A stretch of DNA of 59,188 bases, the filler included, from Sphacelaria rigidula (lineage: Eukaryota): NCBI GenBank assembly GCA_964200075.2. It is 6 parts of 6 records of this genome, joined end to end, with 100 filler letters (N's around TTAATTAATTAA, not from the genome) between each part and the next. Parts side by side here need not be neighbours in the genome. Positions count along the whole stretch, not along the records: positions 29,649 to 39,429 come from CAXNAA020007778.1; positions 39,530 to 49,309 come from CAXNAA020007779.1; positions 49,410 to 59,188 come from CAXNAA020007780.1; 3 more parts are not named here. One strand, written 5' to 3'. Within the stretch, counting starts at the first letter, position 1. The number at the start of each line of letters is the position of its first letter. The notes under the pieces are model-generated. The model worked only from the letters and a program-made list of their open reading frames with translations, ran no database searches and was not told the DNA's origin. Shown piece after piece: positions 39,138 to 50,867 of the stretch. Made by a program: the position numbers and the translations under genes.

Positions 39138-39292
39138 GACCCCGGACGACCACCGTTGCGGTTACTTCGCGGGTCAGGCGGTGGTGCGCTCAACGTTGCT
39201 AACATGGCCCTGAGTGACCCCTACGTGATCGCCTTGACGGAATCGCTGACCCGCTTGCCTGCTCTGACTTCTATCGATGTGGCCAACAACAG
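39138..39292 (+). CDS. Same gene, exon with an RNI-like leucine-rich repeat (gene continues off the contig)
   Basis: DPGRPPLRLLRGSGGGALNVANMALSDPYVIALTESLTRLPALTSIDVANNR then GTACGG donor; LTSIDVANN fits the LxxLxLxxN pattern after an amphipathic helix. Confidence 0.72.
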
Positions 39293-39429
39293 GTACGGTG
39301 CTATTCGATTGAGCTGGGCAAGGTAGATTATGTGTGCAGTGCAGTTGGGTTAAGCACGGTAGAATGGTCCTGTGGTAGGGGGGGGGGGGTGTACTCATGA
39401 TCATGCATGCCATAGTCGCAAGCGATGGG

Positions 39430-39529
39430 NNNNNNNNNNNNNNNNNNNNNNNNNNNNNNNNNNNNNNNNNNNNTTAATTAATTAANNNNNNNNNNNNNNN
39501 NNNNNNNNNNNNNNNNNNNNNNNNNNNNN
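39430..39529. other. Artificial contig-join linker
   Basis: Same 100-nt linker. Confidence 0.98.
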
Positions 39530-39600
39530 CGTAGTACGATCATCCCCATTGTGCGGAGTTGAGGTTCCCCCACTCCGCACAACATGATCTAGCTCGACTA

Positions 39601-39739
39601 CACACCCTGGACAAAAGATTATATTGTACAACAAATGTACTGCGTACAGTATGGAATCTATTGCCTATTGCAATAGGCGCAATAGTCGATACTGTACGCA
39701 GTACACTTTTTGACTGTGTATTGTATTGTCCAGGGTGTG
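39601..39739. mobile_element. hAT-type MITE (family B) nested in repeat D
   Basis: 14-bp TIR CACACCCTGGACAA / TTGTCCAGGGTGTG; 8-bp TSD CTCGACTA/CTCAACTA. Confidence 0.9.
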
Positions 39740-39815
39740 CTCAACTACCATCATGGTTCCCGCGAAAAAAACGCAAGCGCGCGAAAAAACCCGGTAACCT
39801 GGTTGCCTGGCTTAA

Positions 39816-39954
39816 CCCTTCGGAAGCTGAAGTGCTGATTTTTATTTTGTGAATCTTTGTGAATCGATATCATTTTGACTTGAAAATGACGTGAAACGAT
39901 GCCGATTCACCTCAACAGAAATTAGCACTCCTTGGGGATCTAGTTCCCAAAGGG
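39816..39954. mobile_element. piggyBac-type MITE (family A) nested in repeat D
   Basis: TTAA on both sides, CCCTT...AAGGG termini, palindromic body. Confidence 0.9.
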
Positions 39955-41297
39955 TTAAGCAGTGAGGGGCGTGTTTTATAGCGTCATCTCAAACCGACGC
40001 CAACCCCATCGGGGGTCCGCCCCTACAAAGCCGGGATGGAGCACGCGGGGTTCTCGGCGGACCAGTCAAGGAGGGGGGGGGAATAAGTGTTGTCTGGAAC
40101 TGAGACATTCACCACGCTTTAAAGAATCTATTTTTTCCACCACGAAAGGTCACGAATTCTGCCTTTTATTTCGCGTACTGCAGAATTCCATGCAGCAAAC
40201 GATAGCCGAAACTAATCGCTTTGACAACTGTAGTCGATGAGATTTTAAAGCAAGCAAATGAAAACAAGTGCTCAGTATTTCAGAATGCGGGTTGTCGAGA
40301 ACGCGTCTCTGGAAAATTCTAATAATTTTGGCGCTTCGGCGCCAATTTTTGTCCCAAAAAGAGGGCTTGGCGTATTGTACCATTGCAGGAAGACTTGCTG
40401 TATCCTCAGAGAGGATTCTTTCGCACGTTTACGATATTTTATGAGGGTCTAGTTTGACTTTTGGCCGGGCTAGCGTCTCACAACCTCCCCCAAATTGTGT
40501 TGATGTTACGTCCTCTCTTTTGTTTTGCAGGATCTAAATGAGGTCTTGGATTGTACCAAAAAATGATGATTGTAAGTCTAGTACAAAAATCGACCTAGGC
40601 GTACGAAATATCGAGAGAGTGTGCTGGAAGAACCCTTCGGAGAATACAGGAGGACTCGTGTAAAGAACTTGGGCTCAAATAACAGGGAGGGCACATGACA
40701 TCGATTGGCTACACAATGAAATTGAGTTACGCACGATATGTTTGTCAGTGAAATTAATCTCTAATGGATGCAAGCTCTCGTTTTTCCCCTGTCTGTTGAA
40801 AGCGGTAGCGAAAAATAACGTTACGGTCGGTTGGATAATGAACTCTTGAAATAATCATGAAAAAATTGTCTCCATCGAAAGCGCAGGGAACTCGCGGTGT
40901 GTGTTTTGCCCGTTATTGAGACCTGTGCAACTCATTAGGATGCAAAGCGGCGGTGGAATTTTGCCGAATACGTGCAAAAATTCCTCATTGAAACAACTCT
41001 TGTTCCGGCATCAAGTTTTTGGTTATGTGTACTCTCCCCCGCCCTCGACCCCGGCAGTGCCTTTGTAAGGGAAACCATCGCCAACCAAGAAATAAAGGGC
41101 ACAGCCACACGTGTAGAGATCTTTGTGGATGTGTCCTAAATATTCATTAGTCTGTGCACTGCATCAGTTATGATGCAACATGCAGACTAGACGGTGAGCT
41201 ATATCGACAATGTTGGGGCATGAAAGTCAGTCCTGTAGCTGCGGAGGTTCACCTAGTGTCGAGACGGTAACGGAAGACGCGCGGGTGAAGAAGAGAC

Positions 41298-41461
41298 ATG
41301 AAGGAGTGGGTTTCCAGATTTGGTGGACTGTATCTAGCGGCCGCCGCGGGCTGCGACGGTTGCACACTCCCGACCGAAATACAAGGCATTCCCCTGGACA
41401 CATGGATCAAGGGAAAACTCGAAACCGATGACAATGGCTGTCACGTGACATTATTAAGAAG
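41298..41461 (+). CDS. Possible first exon of an unidentified gene
   Basis: MKEWVSRFGGLYLAAAAGCDGCTLPTEIQGIPLDTWIKGKLETDDNGCHVTLLRR with an upstream in-frame stop and a strong AAG|GTAAGG donor. Confidence 0.35.
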
Positions 41462-43550
41462 GTAAGGCCACAGAGGAGGACGGAACAACTAGCTGAGCGC
41501 ATAGATGTAGTCGGAGGTGAAGCTAGATCCCCTAGTGGGGAAATCACGTTGGTTATCGATCACATCCATACAACGTTGCTCACGGCAACGGAAGGGGTTT
41601 GTCATGTTGAGGTGTTTTCGGTTTAGTTCAGAGCGGTAGATTGTGATGCCATCGCGCTGCGGAAAGAGAGAGACCGGGGCGAACCAAGTTTGCTCCGACG
41701 GAAAACTCTGTCTTCTGCCGCAGGGTGGAACGTGGCAAGGGAAGGGCCGGAAAACGTAGGGTTGGGTTGGAGGTCGGGAAATCGATCCAACAGGCCACAT
41801 GGACACTTGCGTTCACCTCATGTCGATGTCTTTCAACCTTGCCGGGGAATTGGACGCTTTCACCCTTGTAGTTGTATAAGCCCCTACAGACACATAATTC
41901 AGAGGAATATAGTCATCTTGGGACGAATTTGAGCAACCCAGTTAACCGAGTACACTAATGGCCAGTTGATAAACACTTACTCAAGAACTGGGGTACAAAC
42001 AGGGAAAGGGAATCAGAAGATCGTGGGGGACATGGAGCAGGGACTCCTGATACAACGACAGCAGTGGCATTGCGTCGCGATAACTTGCGGGTGACACCGG
42101 GCCTGTCGTATTCAACACGGTTGCTCCACCCCAGGAAGATGTGCGTCGCACACGTTCCACGCTATCGCGAACCGTCCCGCGGGCAAGAAACGTATTGGCA
42201 TCATGACACGGCAATTCCAGCGCTGGTTTGTTTTAAATGTCGTCGTCTACCCCCAATCAAGCCCAACTTGCTGGACTCAGATCACGACATAGCGTTCGCT
42301 CCATTGCGACTCCTTGGCCGAGTCGCACGCAGCAGGCGTCGGCGAACCCCAATTGGGTGTTCGTCAATGGATAGGCGTGCAATACCGTCTGGCATCGACA
42401 GTCTGGAGCAGCTCGTACAGCTTGTCGTCGGCGAGCTCAAGGTCAAACCCAGAGGTACAATCGTTGAATTGGCTGCACACTTTGCCGACATACCCCTGAG
42501 ATTCGCTTGGACGGTGATGTCATGTGCAGCTCTCCAACCCCGTGTACGAGGGTAGCTCGAGCACGCTGCAACCCGAGGCACGTCTGAGGAAGCCTGGAAT
42601 TAGCGGGAGAGGGTCAAGTGGTCGACGCAAGTCGAACTGAGAGATGGCTCCGCATGACGCACCTTGTAAACAGCGTGAAGGAGGATCGAAGAGGTAATGA
42701 AAGCTGGGTTGAACGAATACCTGGACGTGTATGCGAAGGAAGGGTAGGAGGGCGTCACAACTGGGAACGCGCGAGCCTGTTATAGGCATCAGAAACGAGG
42801 ATGTAGCCCATCAATGGGAAAACTCAAGAGCGAGCAGTATTTCAAGGATGGAAACTGGAAACTGCTGCGGCACAATGCCCGCGTTGTGACGGATGGGAAC
42901 GGTAATCATCTGCGTTGTGGAATGAAAAATTGACAGCAATCGATCCATCATCGACATCACCGCACCACGACCGAAAGCTACGTCATTTAGAGATTCGCTA
43001 ATTCTTGATGAAAACTGACGAGGCACTGACAGCTATGGCGGACGGTTAAGCGATGGGACCGGGTGGGCTACCTGCTCCACTCAAGATTGGATCGGTCGTC
43101 GGAGATCCTGTGTCACTTCCTCAGTGTCTTAGTCGCTGTGTAGGCTTCTGGCGACGTGCCGCAGGAGAGAGGACACCACACTCAGAGTGCTACAGAGGGA
43201 TAGGACCGCATGTTGTCACTGTAGAAGCCAATCTTCTCTCGTGGCCCATCCTGGCGAATTTCTCTTAGAATCGTAGCCAACGGGCTTGTCAGTTTCTGCG
43301 ACGATGCAGGGGTTTCACTCGATGATCGGTGCAAATTTCTGGCGTCAACTATCGACCATTGCCATGATGTTTATTGGACACCGACTGCAGGAGTTGGGGT
43401 GTGCGAGCATACTCCCACTAAGCACGCGATAAATCGACTACAGCAGGCATACTAAGTAGACCACACGCACCTTTCTGGACTAGTAGTTGTCAGAGTCCCG
43501 CCCTGGGTGAATCAGGTCATCTGTGTGTTTCACAGTGGAATGCGGCTTAA

Positions 43551-44790
43551 GGCTACTTCTCATGTATCGATTTTTTTTTTATCAGAAAACGCGTTTTATG
43601 ATCAATGACCAAAAACCCACTTATTACTTTTCTGATAACGTTTTTCGATAGCCCAAGGTTATCAGAAAATCACGATTTTCTGATAACCTTGGGCTATCGA
43701 AAAACGTGATTGGAAAAGCGTTTGAACCTCGTTTGAGCACGTTTGAACACACATTACAGCCCGCTACAGCACCTGTGATGGCTTGGCTGCCATCACTACT
43801 AATGCTGTCGCCGGTGCTCGCGGGCATTCAGCGTGTTGCATCATTGTCCTTCGCTCGCCAGTAGCGTGGTGGCACTTTACCCCCATGAGGACAGCAGAGG
43901 GCAGGGTCGATGACGACTGCTGTACAGACAGGACAGTCTATGCTGTATGTCGTCCGTACAATATTGTAGCTCAGTTCATGTCTGTGCACGCAGGATGTTG
44001 CGAAGAGCCGTCGCAATGCTTTACAGACTGCCCACGCACCCAAGCCTTGTAGAGACAAGACCGGACTGACAGTACACACAAGACTTTGAGATAGGTGGTG
44101 CTACTACTGTATTACGTCCAACGCATACAACACAACAGTGGTGTCTGTATTGTTGTCTGTGGTGCCCGTACAACCAACTGCTACAGTGCAGCGAACTTGC
44201 AGCTCAAGTGAGGTCTGTGCATGCAGCTTGTTGCGAACAGACGTCGCTTTGCAGTACAGACTGACTGCCCACGCACCCAAGCCTTGTAAATACAGGGCCA
44301 TACTGATGGTACACACAAGACTATGAACAGTGCTACTCTTGTACTACAGCCGATGCATGCAATACAGCACTGTTGTGTGTACTGTTGTCTGTGCTGTCAT
44401 TTAAGTCAAGTACTACAGTACCGTGCCGTGAAAAAGCGCAACCATCACTTCTACAGCCAGTTGGTACAGCAAGGCCGTACTCGTATTCTCATTGATGGTC
44501 TTGCGTCACGCAGCCCACCATGTATTGCTCAGGCAATGTATCACAGAAGTACAGCCAGTCAGTACGGACCGTACACCACGACAGGACAGCAGAGTGCTGC
44601 GTCTCTCTCGCGCGCCCCAGAATTTGAAATTATGCCTGCACACCTCATAGAAAACGATGAACACTGCGTTTTCAATGTTGATAGTGCGTCGATCACGTGA
44701 GAAAAGCTAGTTTGGAAAATTCTGTTGGAGAACGTGTTGTTGAAAAAGGGCTTTTCTGATAACGTGTTTTTCGATACATAAGAAGTAGCC
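43551..44790. mobile_element. ~1.24-kb non-autonomous DNA transposon, PIF/Harbinger-like
   Basis: TIRs GGCTACTTCTCATGTATCGA and TCGATACATAAGAAGTAGCC; left flank TAA (right flank TTG, so the TSD is imperfect); subterminal TTTTCTGATAAC repeats; internal duplication at about 44025 and 44265. Confidence 0.7.
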
Positions 44791-46175
44791 TTGTGGACGA
44801 TTAAAAAAGAAGAGTACCTTAATTGGTACTGTACCGAAATTGGGACGTTTACTCTATTCTATTGTCCAGGGTATGGTAAAAATAAGACAAGCAAAAACAG
44901 AATAAATTTGACAAATATACAAGGAACGGGCATCACGGAAAGGAAGAGCAAAGCGCAAAAAAGCGTGAAAAAATGCCTGGCTAAGATCCAGTACTGTACG
45001 GTACCGGTCACGAGGAAGCAGAATATGGTGGTTCATAGCCTGCAAAAAACAGAATGAAAATCCAGAAGTAGCGGTGGCGTACATACGCCGACAGCTGCAC
45101 ATCATCGAAAAACGATGCTGATGTAGAATGAGAACTCCACGCTGCCCGTGCACGAAAGAAACTCACATAAGGACATGGATGACGTGATTTTCAGACAATG
45201 CGGAGCGCAGCATGCGATGCAGAAAGAGAGGGGCGCTATGTTACCCAGTACCGCATACCGTCCGTGCATGTTCAATCAAAGGACGGTGGGAACTTTACGC
45301 CATCGGCCACCCCAAGAAATGTATTCTTAGATGCTACAAACCGCAAAAAAAAAATTGAAAAAACAGTCGTGGTATTTATCACACCGACGTCTACGTATTG
45401 GTTATGGGCAAGAGCTAGAGAGAGAGGGGGGAGTAATAATGTGCTGTAGCGTAGTATTCTTCAGTGCCACGCAGCGTACAGTATGTGGCCTGCCAAGCAC
45501 CAAAAAAAGTTGTAGATGATGATGTGATGGTCGACGTCACACCGCCGTTTCTGTACATTGACAAGCGGCAGCTGGTGCGCGTTCTTTCGACCACAGGAGC
45601 AAGGGCCCGTACAACACATAACAACTTCTGCTTCACGGAAAATAAGGCGGCTTCACTTGACAGTGCTCGTAGAGTTTCACCATCTGAGGGATGATCGAAC
45701 AGGCCTTTTCCTAGACCTCGCCATGTTGCCAGGTTGTTTGCTTCCCCGTGCTTCGAGGGCGAAAACCAACAGCATTTACCATACTACAGGTCAAACGTTA
45801 TGAATCCAACGTCCCTGGATGTTACGATATCACGCGGACATATTTACATTGACAGGCAGCTACAGTAGAGCAACAACGCTATATGACAGTGCCAGCATCC
45901 ACCTAGAAATGTATCCGATCCTTCTGAGCATCCAGAAAGAGTGTGGCATAGTTTACGTCGATGTAGAGCGAGAACTGCGCTTCACGTTGCGCAAACCTCC
46001 GATAAAACATAGCGTTTTCTGACCTTTCAAACACAACCGCGTGTGCAAATCGATCAACGAATGAACAAGAGTGCGACACCTCTACGGTAGAACGCTACGA
46101 ATCCGCAAAAACACGTGAGAGTACATATGTCTGGCCTTCAACGCACTTCAACATGTCCCAGAGACAAACATCAAG

Positions 46176-46593
46176 GAGCCTGGATCAGTTTATGAGGTTC
46201 AACATTTTAATGAGTTTCAAGTCGAAAACAGTGCTTTCCCTGACCTAAAGTCATGACCAATGAATTTCATGTGGACGACCTCATGCCCCCCGACCTCCTT
46301 GGAACTATTTCGGGGGTTTCCCGTCTTCCGTGCCCTCAAAGTGTATGTGTGAAAGCACCTTTTCGCCTCGATATCGGGGCGAAAAAGGGGACGTTTTTAG
46401 CCCGAAAATGGTGCTTTCGCATGTACACTTTGGGGGCACGGAAGACGGGCAAACCCCCGAAATAGTTTCAAGGAGGTCGGGGGCATGAGATCGTCCATAT
46501 GAAATTCATTGTTCATGACTTCAGGTCAGGGAAAGCACTGTTCTCGACTTGAAACTCATTGAAATGTTGAACCTCAAAAACGGATCCAGGCTC
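46176..46593. mobile_element. Foldback element with ~190-bp inverted arms (possibly MULE-derived)
   Basis: 46176-46365 is the near-perfect reverse complement of 46403-46593; no clear TSD. Confidence 0.8.
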
Positions 46594-46851
46594 TTACCAC
46601 GGGTTTCTCCACTGGTACTTGAGATGACGTCACAACCGCTTTTTCACAGATTCACAGACAGCCGCGGATAGATCGAGAGCTAGCTGTGTTATATATACTG
46701 CAGGGCTTCCATAACAACCACCTAACGTTACCAATACAGCCATCAACCAAACCTCCACCAGCCCCGTCAGCGGTATCACCTCTTCAACCACTAGTATCAC
46801 TATATACAACCAGCACCAGCACCAGCGCCAGCACCAGCGCCAGCACCGCTT

Positions 46852-47117
46852 CACGGTTAGGACGAATCATCACGACTACGAATCACCACTAATCCAAGAT
46901 TTCTTCGGCCTGATTGCCCAGAAGGGAGAAAAAAGTTGACCGCTGGTCCAAGGGGTACCCACGCAACGTTTGCGCTATTCCACGTGTGTTTGTGGGCTGC
47001 GTGTACGTACCTGGGTTGCAACCTGAAAACAAAGCCTAGGGATTGATTTGTACGATTCGAATCAATTACACTACAACCAAGTAATTTCCAGACGAATAAT
47101 TATTTGTCCGACCCTTG
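46852..47117. mobile_element. hAT-type MITE (family C)
   Basis: Perfect 8-bp TSD CACCGCTT; homologous to 30113-30371. Confidence 0.9.
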
Positions 47118-47130
47118 CACCGCTTCAAAA

Positions 47131-47300
47131 ACCACCGCCACAACCACCACCACCGCCGCCACAACCACCACCACCACCACCACAACCGCCGCCACCACCC
47201 CCGTCACCGCCGCCACCACCCCCGTCACCACCCCCACCCTCACCACCCTCACCACCCTCACCACCGCCACCCCCACCGAAACCACCACCGAATCCGCCAT
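47131..47300 (+). repeat. (ACC/GCC)n low-complexity tract
   Basis: Direct inspection; produces poly-P, poly-T, poly-H and poly-G ORFs in several frames. Confidence 0.9.
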
Positions 47301-47580
47301 CGAATCCGTAGGAAGGAGCGGAGGTCGTTGATCCACTGTAACCTGGAGGTCGTGTGCGGGCCCTGTGGATGCGTGGTAGAGTGGGGCATTTCGAGGCAAT
47401 CAACGTGCTGCGTCGTTATAACTTTGGCTGTGTGAAGTCAATCGGGTCAACGTTCGCGCAAACTATTTGTTCATTGATTGACTGTTGTTGTATATGAAGC
47501 AATCCTTCACGTGCGAGTCATGATCGAGCCGTGTCTATAAGATAGACGTATCAAAGGTGAACAAATTGGAAACGTTCGCT

Positions 47581-47608
47581 GAAGAGAGAGAGAGAGAGAG
47601 AGAAAGAG
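47581..47608 (+). repeat. (GA)n microsatellite
   Basis: Direct inspection. Confidence 0.95.
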
Positions 47609-48419
47609 GTGACAAGAAAAACATAAGGATGGAACAAGCAAAATTAGAAAATTGATGAACAAGAACCGAAACAAGCGAACCGAAACGAAGGCAGAAACAA
47701 AGGCAGAAACAAAGGCAAACCAAGCAGAAAGGGGACGAAAAGGGATGGAGAAGAACTAGGAATAAAATCAATTACGGTAATAAAACCAAATGTGAAACAT
47801 AGCGAAATGAACCGAGAAATGCCTGGCCCCTGCAGCATGGCCTCCGGTGAAAAAGGCCGTGCGAAAAAATCACAGGTACCCATACACAAGGCTAAAAAAA
47901 AAGGCCGCGGGAACAAATTGCGGCTCAGCTATTTCGGACCATACAGTTCAGGCATGAGCTGTCACCCATGAATCCTACGGAAGCGAGGCGCCGAACTCCC
48001 ACTGTGAATCACTGAAAAGGAAGGAAGAGCAAGCACTATATAGAGGGAAAGATGGAGAGAGTCATTCCACGGTAGAGTTGCGCGAAATACTCGTCAGGTT
48101 TGAATTTGTAGGAGCCTGTCGTCTCATGCGGAAAACGATTTATAAATATGTGAGAGCACGCCATGACAACCATTCCATTGATTGGGCGAAGAAAATATAA
48201 AATGAATTATGAAAAGGGGATGTCCTGACCCGTATTATACTCTTGCGTAGCTCCAAAATTAAGGAACCCCTCAATGAGAAACATATTATCCCGAATGTGC
48301 AACCCCTACGGTGGTATGACTTGAGAAAGAAAACGAGAACAGGGAAGAAGGGGGGACTAAGAAAGTGGTGTAGAATGGCAATACAATCCAGTTGAAAAAT
48401 TGAAACAAAAAAATGGAAC

Positions 48420-48490
48420 GTTGCCCCCCTCCTCCCCGAGTCTTGTCCGGTGAAAACCCAGCGTACTTCGTCCCGGTTTTGTGGGGATGC
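48420..48490 (+). repeat. Diverged fragment of repeat family D
   Basis: GTCCGGTGAAAACCCAGCGTACTTCGTCCCGGTTTTGTGGGG resembles 58921-58962. Confidence 0.55.
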
Positions 48491-49309
48491 GAGGTCAATG
48501 GCCATATAACTACGACATGCAGGATCATGAGTAACACCCCCCCATACCCCTCCCCCCCCCTCCCTCCCCCGGATATCACTACCAGCAAGTCATTCGTTGA
48601 TACGTGATATTTACCTGTGCTTTTTGGTGACAGTTCTCTTCGTGCCCGTAGTCAAGGCGGCTCTGCTGGGGTCTTGATGAGACTGCTGGCGTGCGGCTTT
48701 GTTGTCGGCCCCGGGCGATTCCCTCCTGGGTCTGCTCGCGGTTGCCAATACTGCTTTTTGCGTAGACTGATATGATTGCTGGCGGGTAATGCTGTCGACG
48801 CGAGGCAGTGAAGAGAACTTGACGCCACCCACGCTCAGCTCGTATCGTTCAGCGCTGGCCTACGAGATTTCGCGGAATAGCGACAGCATTGACCCGTTGG
48901 TTACACGCTACAATGAACGAGGCGCTCGAATCAACACAGAGAAAAATGAGCACACCGACAAATCGCTGCTGAGTAAAACGGCCAAGGGTCAAGTTGCACA
49001 GGGTATACTATAATCCGTTACACATCGGTGGTCAAAATGGCAAAGACTCAGCTGGCTAGGGCTTGAAGTTACGTCGTGGTTGGGTCGTTCTGACAACACG
49101 CTACGTATGGATATTATTGCACATCGGTCTGCCGTGCCGAATATTACAATTATTTGTATTAATATGAGGTGTGCACCAGGTTATTTGGTGGGCAGAGCCG
49201 GTTTGGATCGGTGGAGAACTTCACATCAAATTGAGGCTTCCAATAAATGTTCGATTCTGTGTTCGAGAAGAATCGAGCTTTTGTGCAGAAGCGGAAAGGA
49301 ATTTTCCAG

Positions 49310-49409
49310 NNNNNNNNNNNNNNNNNNNNNNNNNNNNNNNNNNNNNNNNNNNNTTAATTAATTAANNNNNNNNNNNNNNNNNNNNNNNNNNNNNNNNNNN
49401 NNNNNNNNN
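49310..49409. other. Artificial contig-join linker
   Basis: Same 100-nt linker. Confidence 0.98.
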
Positions 49410-49417
49410 GTAAACGA

Positions 49418-49496
49418 CCCAACGCATCGGGAATCGAACCCCTGTTCTCTCCACCCTAGTCGCGACAGTCGGACCATTACACCACCGGGGCGCGGC
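49418..49496 (-). mobile_element. tRNA-like Pol III head (SINE 5' end or tRNA pseudogene), cut by the contig edge
   Basis: Minus strand GCCCCGGTGGTGTAATGGTCCG (A box) ... GGGGTTCGATTCCC (B box/T-loop); no convincing anticodon or acceptor stem. Confidence 0.6.
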
Positions 49497-50049
49497 GAGT
49501 GCTTGTAGCTTGCCAAAGGCTGCAACATGCTGTGTCCAGAGGCTGCAATGCCCTACTGCTGGATCATCGTATGTCATGAATGTACGAGTATAAAGTGCCA
49601 CTTGTTTCGATACAGTAGGTGGTTTGGGGTGGCCTTCATACTCAATCATCGAAGAAAAGTCTCATTGAAAAAACAAAAGCTCAAAACTTCGAATCCCCAA
49701 ATTTTTGTCTGCCCCTCATGCTAGAAGGCGCGCCTAGTGAGGGGATTCTGCCACAACGGCACAACAAGGACACGAAGGAGGCGCGTAAAGTACGCATATT
49801 TTCGCCGAAAAAAACTTGAAGTGGGGCCTAAAACAAGGGGGGAAAGCCTATGAAAAAAAACTGGGGCCTAAATTTAAAAGAGAAGGGCTTACAGAGCTCG
49901 AGTCTACATATGGTAGGTAAACATCGCTGACGCATCGGGGTTTTGAGTCATGACCAAAGAACCTTGTTACCTTGTCGAATTTTGCGTCTCATCCCCCTGG
50001 GCGGCACTGTACTTCCACGTCGGCGAACGACATTGTAGAGTAGAAACAA

Positions 50050-50431
50050 ATACCGCTAGTTATAATGAATCGGGGTTCAACCCCGGTTGTAGCCTATCGG
50101 CGTTCGAGTCCTCGCCAGGACAGACATCCGCGGAGTGATCGTTTGGCCTAACGAGTGTACACTAAGGTTTATTTTCGTTCTTGTACTGATCTGAGTCGAG
50201 CTGAGCTCGTCAGAGCAATATGGGCGAGGTCCCTGGGTTCCAAGGAGTCGGCTCAGATCCCATTGCGTCAACGCGATCCTCAATTCAGAAAGGGCAGGAC
50301 ATTCTTGCTCTGCGTATGCGCCATCCAAAACGCCTGTTGAAAACTGTCGGGAAACCGAAGATTTTTTCCCAACGACCGGTTCGTGACGAGCGATCTCCTC
50401 GAGGAAGCAAATGTATCAACACATGAAATGA
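50050..50431 (+). repeat. Possible second SINE family
   Basis: B-box-like GTTCGAGTCC at about 50102, weak A box, ATGAAATGA tail; single copy. Confidence 0.25.
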
Positions 50432-50550
50432 GCACACACGCCTCGTGTCTTTGGTTGATGCGTCCATTCGATATTCTGCTGCCTTTGTATCGGTCAGACT
50501 GTGCAATTGAGCACTAAACACAGGAACAGCAGTAGAGTAGATACTAACTA

Positions 50551-50867
50551 GTGTGTGCGTTGTCGTCCCATCTATTCTGGACGCCGGTCTACACCTTTCG
50601 GTTTATGTGGGCGCACCAGCCGGGGTTACACAGGAGGAAGGTCAACACAGGAGCTTTTCTTTTTTCATTTGTTTCTAGTACCTCATCTCCCTTTTGCGGC
50701 GCTTGCCTTTTTATTTTTTAGCGCGAGAGGGATTCAGCAGTCCCTTTCCCGCGTCGACCGTTAAGTCGAATTTTGTGTACCCACGACATNNNNNNNNNNG
50801 AATCGAACCCCACTACTCAACCGTCAGAAGGTTACGAGGTTACCAACTGAGCCACCGGGGCGACCGG
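50551..50867 (-). mobile_element. tRNA-derived SINE (family S1), copy 2 with an internal N gap
   Basis: Collinear with 20261-20620; A box GGTGGCTCAGTTGG and B box GGTTCGATTC on the minus strand. Confidence 0.85.

Larger units (their letters stand above)
39530..40088 (-). repeat. Interspersed repeat family D, copy interrupted by two MITEs
   Basis: Segments 39530-39600, 39740-39815 and 39955-40088 match the reverse complement of the uninterrupted copy at 58906-59164. Confidence 0.85.

Noticed and set aside
47048..47435. Extensin-like poly-Pro, poly-His or poly-Gly proteins
   Set aside because: All frames are open because of the ACC repeat, and the plus-strand starts lie inside a MITE.
48789..49013. 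Tyrosine-recombinase-like motif TLSSYRSAL
   Set aside because: Short resemblance only, with no catalytic R-H-R-Y residues or element structure.
49418..49496. Functional tRNA gene
   Set aside because: A and B boxes are present but the acceptor and anticodon stems do not pair convincingly; treated as a SINE head.
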